DNA of 54,398 nucleotides, taken from Planctomycetota bacterium. Lineage in GTDB: Bacteria; Planctomycetota; JAJSAM01; JAJVHW01. The stretch covers positions 1 through 54,398 of the forward strand of contig JAJRVY010000102.1 in assembly GCA_024277065.1 (NCBI GenBank), in the 5' to 3' direction. Shown piece after piece: positions 48,545 through 54,398 of the stretch (position 1 is its first letter; each line of letters begins with the position of its first letter). The translations under genes were made by a program, and so were the position numbers. The notes below the pieces were generated by a model. The model worked only from the letters and a program-made list of their open reading frames with translations. It was not told the origin of the DNA and ran no database searches.

Positions 48545-49078
48545 TCACATGCCCCACATGGAGCCGGTGTGCACGGATTTGCCCTGCAGTTTGAGGTAGT
48601 ATAAGAGCTGCGCGCGATGGATGCCGACGTGCAGCAGGCACTCCTGCAGGTTGTAGCCGAGGGGCCGCGGCTCCGGATTCCACGGAGCCGAACCCTCCTC
48701 GGTCGTGATGCGCTCCTCGCCGGCCGCCTCGACGGCGGCCACGAACGCGGCGCGGTCACTCGCCAGCGCCTCGCGGAAGGCCGCCACGCTCGTGATGGTA
48801 GGCAGCGCGGTGGCCGGGTGGAGGCCGGTCTCGGGATCGCGCTGGGACTCGTCCATCTCGCCGCACTCACCGAGCCCTGACCAGTCGCCGGCCACGAAGC
48901 ACTTCGCGATCAGGCCGCAGGCCATCTGCAGATGGCTGAGGAGTTGCCCCGTGGTCATCCAGTTCGAGCCCGTCTCGGGCTTCCAGTCCAGGTGCTCGTC
49001 CTCGACCAGCGCCGCCAACCCGTCGGTGGCCCGGTAGACATCCTCGGCCTGCCGCAGCAGCAACTCGCTCACGTTCAT
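48545..49078 (-). CDS. DinB/YfiT family protein
   Basis: LDWKP...MTTGQLLSHL and HVGIHRAQLLYYLKLQG His triad. Confidence 0.88.
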   Translation of the reverse strand: MNVSELLLRQAEDVYRATDGLAALVEDEHLDWKPETGSNWMTTGQLLSHLQMACGLIAKCFVAGDWSGLGECGEMDESQRDPETGLHPATALPTITSVAAFREALASDRAAFVAAVEAAGEERITTEEGSAPWNPEPRPLGYNLQECLLHVGIHRAQLLYYLKLQGKSVHTGSMWGM

Positions 49079-49230
49079 CACACACTCCTCGCTCGCCCTC
49101 GCCGGGGCTCCAGGTCCAATCCACTCAACGTACCACGCCTGTCGCGTTAGGTCAATGTTATCGATCGATGCCGCGTGCCCGGTGCCGGCACGTGGCGACG
49201 AGCGGCGACGCCGGGGCGTGGCGTACGGGA

Positions 49231-51483
49231 TCAGACCAGCTCGCCGACGAACAGGCTGCTGTTCTTGACGAAGAACACCGTGGGCAGGCCCTCCGCCAGG
49301 CGGTCCAGACGCTCGGCGTACGCCAGTTCCACGCCGGACTCGGGCACCTGGAGTCCGAGGAACACCGCCGCCGCGTCGCGACTCTCGTAGCGGATGATGT
49401 CGGCGATCGGTGTCTCGCGGGCGCGCAGCAGCAGGCGCGTCTCGGCGTCGATGCGGATCTCGTCGATCAGGTGTGCGAGCGACGCCTCGGCCTCGGCCCG
49501 CTCGGTCTCGTCACGGACCACCGAGAGCACCTTGATGGTGGCATGCCGCCACTCGGGGCTGCTCTGCAGCATGTGCGCGAGGAGCAGCATGAGGTCGCCG
49601 TTGCGTTGCAGGCCGCCCCACCACACGTGGATCTCGGTGCGACGGGACCGCGCGGGGATGCCGCTGCCGCTCACGCGCGCGATCACGATCGACTTGTGCA
49701 CGCGCTCGAGCCGGCGCGTCACGACGAGGATCTCCGCCAGCCGGTCCATGTGCTCGGGCCAGCCGATGACGATGACGTTGCTCTCCATCCCGGCGATGCC
49801 GTTGGCCTGGGCGACGTCCGCCAGTCCGTGGATCACGTTGCGCACGACGGCCACCTCGGGGAAGGCGACGAGCCCGGCGCGACGCAGCACGTCCTCGGCG
49901 CGTCGCTTGCGCCCGCGCAGGTCGATGGTGTCGTCGGTCAGGTCGCCGATCACGAGTTCGCAGACCGTCACGACGCCGCGCTGCCGCGCGAACCAGTTGC
50001 CGAAGCGCACCTCGGTCACGCGGTCCTCGACGTTGCCGGCGAAGACCAGTACGTGCGGTCGCCAGGACCGGGCCTGCATGGGATGGCGCCGCAGCTTGAT
50101 GAGCGACCAGCGAATCAGCGCCTCGTAGGCGCCGCGGCGGGCGTCTCCCCAGTCGCCGCGCCGCTCGCGCCGCGCGAGCACGACGAAGAGCAGAACCTCG
50201 GCGACGATCGCGGCCACCGCCGCCACCGGGTGGATCAGGAACATCACGCCGACGCAGGCCAGACCGCCGAGGAGACTGACCGGCCACGGAATCCGGAGCT
50301 TGGGGCGCCAGGACGGATCTCCGGCCACCGTCTCGAGCGCCGCGACGATGTTCACGCTGCCGTACACGGTCAGGAAGAACATCGTCACGAGCAGCGCCAC
50401 GTGGTTCAGGTCGCCGAGGAACACGGCACCGAGGGCGATCGCGGTGCTCACGAGCAGGCCGAACACCGGCCCGCGGGCCTCGTTCTCCGCGCGCGCCAGG
50501 AACGCCGGCGCGATGCGGTCGATGGCGAGCGCCTGCAGCGTTCGCGGAGCCCCCAGGATGGACCCCACGGCCGACGAGAAGATGGCGCCGATGAGTCCCG
50601 GGAACACGAGCCAGGCGCAGAGCGGCGCGACCTTCGTCCAGATCAGCGAGTCGTTGCGCAGCGCCTCGGCGTCGGCACCGCCGACGAGCAGCAGCGGCAC
50701 GATCATGTAGATCACGAGCCCCGTGAGCGTGGCCGTGATCGCGCCGACGGGAATCGCGCGGCCGGGGTCCTTGAGGTCCCCTGAGAGCCCGAGACCGGCC
50801 ATCACGCCTGTCACGGCGGGGAAGAACACGGCGAACGTGCCCCAGAAGCCGAGGCTCGCGTCCAGGATGGGCTCGCCGCCGGCGGCCGCGGTCACACGAT
50901 CGGTGGTGACGACGCCCACGAGCAGCGCCACGAGCGACACGCCGATGAAGACGAGCAGCGGGACCTGCGCGCGCAGCGCCAGGTGCGGCCCGGCGTACGC
51001 GAGCGCGGCGACGGCCAGCACGATCACGAACGCCGCCGGTTCGACCGGCAGCCCCGGCCAGAGCAGCGTCGCCGCCTCGGCCAGGCCGTACGCGTACAGC
51101 GTGACGCTGAACGCCTGCGACAGGAAGAGCGGCAGCCCGATGGCACCGCCGGTCTCGAGCCCGAGGCTGCGCGAGATGATGTAGTAGGCGCCGCCGACGC
51201 CGACCCGGATGTTGGTGGCCACGGCGGAGAAGCTGAACGCCGTGATGAGCGTGATGGCGTTCGCCAGCAGGATGATGCCGATGGTCTTGCCGAGCCCGGC
51301 GTGGCCGACGACGGCGCCGAGGCGCAGGTACATCATCACGCCGAGGATGGTCAGGATCGTCGGCAGGTAGACGCCCAGGAACGTCCCGAGCCCGGCCCCG
51401 CCCCTGTCGGCAGGCACATCGCCGCCGTCCCCTGAGCGCGCCCGGGCGTCGCCGCCCCCTTCGGTCGCCGTCTGATCTTCCAT
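49231..51483 (-). CDS. Cation-chloride cotransporter-like (SLC12/APC) permease
   Basis: LGTFLGVYLPTILTILGVMMYLR, GGAYYIISRSLG, FAVFFPAVTGVMAG, SGDLKDP, APRTLQALA, SWRP, cytosolic tail with IHVWWGG...NGDLMLLLA. Confidence 0.9.
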   Translation of the reverse strand: MEDQTATEGGGDARARSGDGGDVPADRGGAGLGTFLGVYLPTILTILGVMMYLRLGAVVGHAGLGKTIGIILLANAITLITAFSFSAVATNIRVGVGGAYYIISRSLGLETGGAIGLPLFLSQAFSVTLYAYGLAEAATLLWPGLPVEPAAFVIVLAVAALAYAGPHLALRAQVPLLVFIGVSLVALLVGVVTTDRVTAAAGGEPILDASLGFWGTFAVFFPAVTGVMAGLGLSGDLKDPGRAIPVGAITATLTGLVIYMIVPLLLVGGADAEALRNDSLIWTKVAPLCAWLVFPGLIGAIFSSAVGSILGAPRTLQALAIDRIAPAFLARAENEARGPVFGLLVSTAIALGAVFLGDLNHVALLVTMFFLTVYGSVNIVAALETVAGDPSWRPKLRIPWPVSLLGGLACVGVMFLIHPVAAVAAIVAEVLLFVVLARRERRGDWGDARRGAYEALIRWSLIKLRRHPMQARSWRPHVLVFAGNVEDRVTEVRFGNWFARQRGVVTVCELVIGDLTDDTIDLRGRKRRAEDVLRRAGLVAFPEVAVVRNVIHGLADVAQANGIAGMESNVIVIGWPEHMDRLAEILVVTRRLERVHKSIVIARVSGSGIPARSRRTEIHVWWGGLQRNGDLMLLLAHMLQSSPEWRHATIKVLSVVRDETERAEAEASLAHLIDEIRIDAETRLLLRARETPIADIIRYESRDAAAVFLGLQVPESGVELAYAERLDRLAEGLPTVFFVKNSSLFVGELV

Positions 51484-51579
51484 CCGCGGCCCGCAAACTA
51501 CACAGGGCGACGCCGATTCGCTGCATGCCGGTCCGCGCGAGGCGCGGCGCGTGCGGCGACGCTTCTGCGGTGTGGGCGC

Positions 51580-52446
51580 TCACGGCGTCCCCCGGGCGCT
51601 CGTCCGCGGCTCCCACGCGAGACTCGTGGCCGCGCACAGGAAGTGCAGCAGCGGAGTCGCCGCGCGCCAGATGCGCAGCGCCGTGCCCGGGAACGTTCCG
51701 GCCGCCGCGTCCTCGGGCGTCAGCTCATGGGCGGCGATGAAGTGCTTGCGGCGCAGATCGGCTGCGAACGCATGCTCCGCCGACCAGCCGGCAGGCACGC
51801 GCACCAGTTCCGGCGGTGTGAGGTCCCCGAACGCGGATCGGAAGCCGCGCGCCCGCCGCACCGCCGCCCACGCCTCCTGATCGGCGTCGATCGCGGTGCG
51901 GATGACGCGCAGCGTGTGCGCTCCGGGCACGCGCAGCCCTGCCGACAACGTCACGGCACGCGACGTCAGCCGCAGCGTGCAGCCCGGAGCCCAGCGCGGT
52001 TCGCTGTCGGCGTGCGGGAAACGCAGGATCACGGACGTGTGGTAGGGCCGCTTGCTGGCGCTGAATCGCGTGTCGCGGTTGATGCGCAGCATGGCCCCGC
52101 CGGCGCGGGCGTCCGAGGCGACCAGCCGCGGACAGACGCTCGCGATGCGCGGCGCCACCGCACGCACGAACGCCAGCGACGGCGCGCGCACCTGCTCTTC
52201 GAAGCGCTCGCGGTTGGCGTCCATGAACGCGCGCTCGTTGTGCTCTTCGAGTTCCCGCAAGAACGTGAACAGTGCGGCGGAGAAGCCCGCGAACGGCGGG
52301 CACTGCGGTGTGCGCGCAGTCCGCGGCGTACGCTCAGCGCGCGGCGGGCGCGGCGCCTCGGCGGTGGGACGGCCACCCTTGGTAGCGGTGGCGCCATCGG
52401 TGGCGCGATCGGTATCGGTGGCAGCGTCGCGTCGGGTGTCGTGCAT
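51580..52446 (-). CDS. DUF2461 (TIGR02453-like) family protein
   Basis: FAGFSAALFTFLRELEEHNERAF, LRINRDTRFS..KRPY, LVRVPAG...DLRRKHF. Confidence 0.85.
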   Translation of the reverse strand: MHDTRRDAATDTDRATDGATATKGGRPTAEAPRPPRAERTPRTARTPQCPPFAGFSAALFTFLRELEEHNERAFMDANRERFEEQVRAPSLAFVRAVAPRIASVCPRLVASDARAGGAMLRINRDTRFSASKRPYHTSVILRFPHADSEPRWAPGCTLRLTSRAVTLSAGLRVPGAHTLRVIRTAIDADQEAWAAVRRARGFRSAFGDLTPPELVRVPAGWSAEHAFAADLRRKHFIAAHELTPEDAAAGTFPGTALRIWRAATPLLHFLCAATSLAWEPRTSARGTP

Positions 52447-52588
52447 TCGGATCTCCGGAGACGGTCCTCTGGAATCCAGGTCGCACGAGAAGCCCGAAGG
52501 TTACGTCGAGGAGCCCGTTTTCTTTTTTGCCGCGCACGCCCGCGAGCGCCGCGCGGCGGACTGCGCGCGGCGCGCCGCGCGCTCCCCA

Positions 52589-53878
52589 CTACCTGGGGAC
52601 GGCCTTCGCGAGCGCCTGACCGAGGTCCGCGACGAGGTCGCCGGGGTCCTCGACGCCCACCGACAGCCGCACCATCGAGGGCAGGATGCCGAGCTCGGCC
52701 TGGCGCTCCGGCGGGATGTCGGAGTGCGTCATCGTCGCCGGGTGCTCGGCGAGCGATTCGGTGCCGCCGAGGCTCACGGCCAGCTTCACGAGCCGCAGCG
52801 CGTTCAGGAAGCGGAACGCCTCGGGCTCTCCGCCGTCCACGTCGAACGAGATGATCGATCCGGGCGCGAGACACTGGCGCGCATAGACCCGCCAGGCGTC
52901 GCTGCCGTGCGTGAGGTTGCCGAGGTAGTGGACCTCGCGCACCGCGGGATGCGCGTTCAGGAAGTCCGCGACATGCTTGGCGCTCTGCATCTGCTTGGTC
53001 ATGCGCAGTTGCAGGGTCTCGAGGCTGCGCATCAGGAGCCACCCGGTCCAGGGCCCCGACATGGTGCCGAGGAACGTCCGCAGCGCCGTCACCTGGTCCA
53101 TCAGCTTGCGCGAGCCGAGACACGCGCCGGCGATCACGTCGCTGTGCCCGCCGAGGAACTTGGTCGCCGAGTAGATGACGAGGTCCGCGCCGTGGTGCAG
53201 GGGATGCTGGAACACAGGCCCGAGGAACGTGTTGTCCACGATGACGGGCGGGCGCTCGCCGCCCTGCACCTCGGCGGCGCGATCGGCCAGGTCCGAGCAG
53301 GCCCGGATGTCCACCAGCGAGTTCGTGGGGTTGGCCGGGGTCTCGATGAAGATCGCCGCCACGCGGCCCGTCGCCAGCGCCTTCTCCAGCGCAGCGTCCA
53401 TGTCGGCGCGCGGGGAGCCGGCGGCGCATCCCAGGTGCTGCACGCCGAACTCCGGGAGCACCGCCTCGAGCAGGTGATCGGTGCCGCCGTAGAGCGGCCC
53501 GCTGTGCAGCACCACCGTCCCGGGCCGCACGAACGTCAGCAGCGTCGTGGCGATGGCGGCCATGCCGCTCTCGAACACCGCCGCCGCCTCGGCGTCGTCC
53601 CAGAGCGTCAGGCGGTCCTGGAGGATCTCGAGGTCCGGGTTGTTCAGGCGGCTGTAGATCAGCCCCATCTCCTCGGTGGGCCCCTTCTCGCGCAGGCCGT
53701 AGGCCACCTCGAAGAACGCCTTGCCCTCCTCGGCCGTGCGGAACACGAACGTGGACGTCTGGAAGATGGGCGACTTGATGGCGCCCTCGGAGAGTTCGGG
53801 CTTGTAGCCGTAGCTCATCATCAGCGAGGCCGGATGCAGCCGCCGCCCACCGATGTGTCGCTCGTCGTCGTGGGGCAT
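52589..53878 (-). CDS. Cystathionine gamma-synthase/methionine gamma-lyase family PLP enzyme
   Basis: PIFQTSTFVF, YSRLNNP, FESGMAAI, ETPANPT, DNTF, YSATKFLGGHSD (PLP Lys), AVSLGGTESL, RLSVGVE. Confidence 0.93.
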   Translation of the reverse strand: MPHDDERHIGGRRLHPASLMMSYGYKPELSEGAIKSPIFQTSTFVFRTAEEGKAFFEVAYGLREKGPTEEMGLIYSRLNNPDLEILQDRLTLWDDAEAAAVFESGMAAIATTLLTFVRPGTVVLHSGPLYGGTDHLLEAVLPEFGVQHLGCAAGSPRADMDAALEKALATGRVAAIFIETPANPTNSLVDIRACSDLADRAAEVQGGERPPVIVDNTFLGPVFQHPLHHGADLVIYSATKFLGGHSDVIAGACLGSRKLMDQVTALRTFLGTMSGPWTGWLLMRSLETLQLRMTKQMQSAKHVADFLNAHPAVREVHYLGNLTHGSDAWRVYARQCLAPGSIISFDVDGGEPEAFRFLNALRLVKLAVSLGGTESLAEHPATMTHSDIPPERQAELGILPSMVRLSVGVEDPGDLVADLGQALAKAVPR

Positions 53879-54101
53879 GCTCGTCCTCCTCGGTGCGGGA
53901 CTCCGGCCGTGGCCCGGGCCGCAGGCGCGATCGTCGCCGGCGGCCGGGGGAATGAGACTGCGCTCTCGTCCATTGTCGCGGGGCGACGGCGCCGCGCGCG
54001 AATGCTACCGAGGGGCGCGCGCCGATGGGGGTTTGAGTGCGCCGCAGCGTGACCTCGGTTACGTTGCCCACGCCTCCGTCCCCGCGACGATCTTCCGCCC
54101 C

Positions 54102-54398
54102 ATGCGCTCCGTCCTGCCCCCCCTGCTGCTCCTTGCCGGTCTCTTGGCCACATTCGCGGCGGCGCCGCCGCCCGCGCGCGCCGAGCAGGTCGTCGAACAC
54201 GACGAGACGGGGCGCGTCACGGCCAAGTACTCGACCGACGACGAGGGCCGCCGCCACGGCAACTACGCCGAGTTCCACGACGACGGCACGATCAGACTCA
54301 AGGCGATCTACCGCCACGGCCGCCTGAACGGCAAGTACGTCTCCTACCACCCCGGCGGCCGCCCGCACATCACGGCTGTGTACGAGAACGGCGAACGC
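54102..54398 (+). CDS. Secreted MORN-variant repeat protein (3' end outside the window), not in the ORF track
   Basis: MRSVLPPLLLLAGLLATFAAAPPPARA signal peptide, then GRRHGNYAEFHDDG / GRLNGKYVSYHPGG repeats. Confidence 0.85.
   Translation, partial: MRSVLPPLLLLAGLLATFAAAPPPARAEQVVEHDETGRVTAKYSTDDEGRRHGNYAEFHDDGTIRLKAIYRHGRLNGKYVSYHPGGRPHITAVYENGER

Noticed and set aside
52500-52530. T-rich tract as an intrinsic terminator
   Set aside because: No adjacent GC stem, and the orientation does not fit the flanking minus-strand genes. More likely part of a promoter region.
53879-54101. SAM/SAH riboswitch upstream of the Cys/Met lyase
   Set aside because: No SAM-I (ATC..GAG...GAT) or SAH consensus core could be found by eye on the minus strand.
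54102-54398. YwqK-type antitoxin / toxin-antitoxin system
   Set aside because: MORN-variant repeats with a signal peptide are generic. No toxin gene visible and the gene is truncated by the window edge.

Overview
Very GC-rich bacterial DNA, probably from a Planctomycetota genome (inferred from the ECF sigma factor with a long C-terminal extension and a small conserved-looking coiled-coil protein). It holds about 46 genes and no recognisable rRNA, tRNA, CRISPR array or mobile element. Recognisable genes include gdhA, a DUF3604/PpiC/HupE-UreJ module, a beta-propeller amidohydrolase, a LytS/LytTR pair, cysDN, a deoxyhypusine-synthase-like gene, an SsuABC/TauABC-type transporter, a UbiB kinase, an iodotyrosine-deiodinase-like nitroreductase, an SLC12-like transporter and a Cys/Met PLP lyase. 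The main candidate for an undescribed system is at 16.6-26.4 kb. It is a complete NHLP/Nif11-type peptide exporter: a C39-peptidase ABC transporter, a second ABC transporter, an HlyD adaptor, a cNMP-domain protein and TolC. Its only visible substrate is a double-glycine-leader precursor at 25567-25905. The 63-aa core has no Cys and ends in a 34-residue segment that aligns without gaps to the C-terminal helix of type III secretion needle subunits (PrgI/MxiH). A PqqD/RRE-like protein follows it. Other notable items: a UGA/SECIS ArsC-family selenoprotein missed by the ORF track and coupled to a 7-haem cytochrome c/cytochrome b fusion; an ECF sigma factor followed by a stand-alone paralog of its own C-terminal domain; and a pattern of in-frame amber stops, apparent G>T changes and frameshifts. 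That pattern suggests sequence error or gene decay and limits confidence in gene boundaries. All family calls come from motif recognition by eye, not from database searches.
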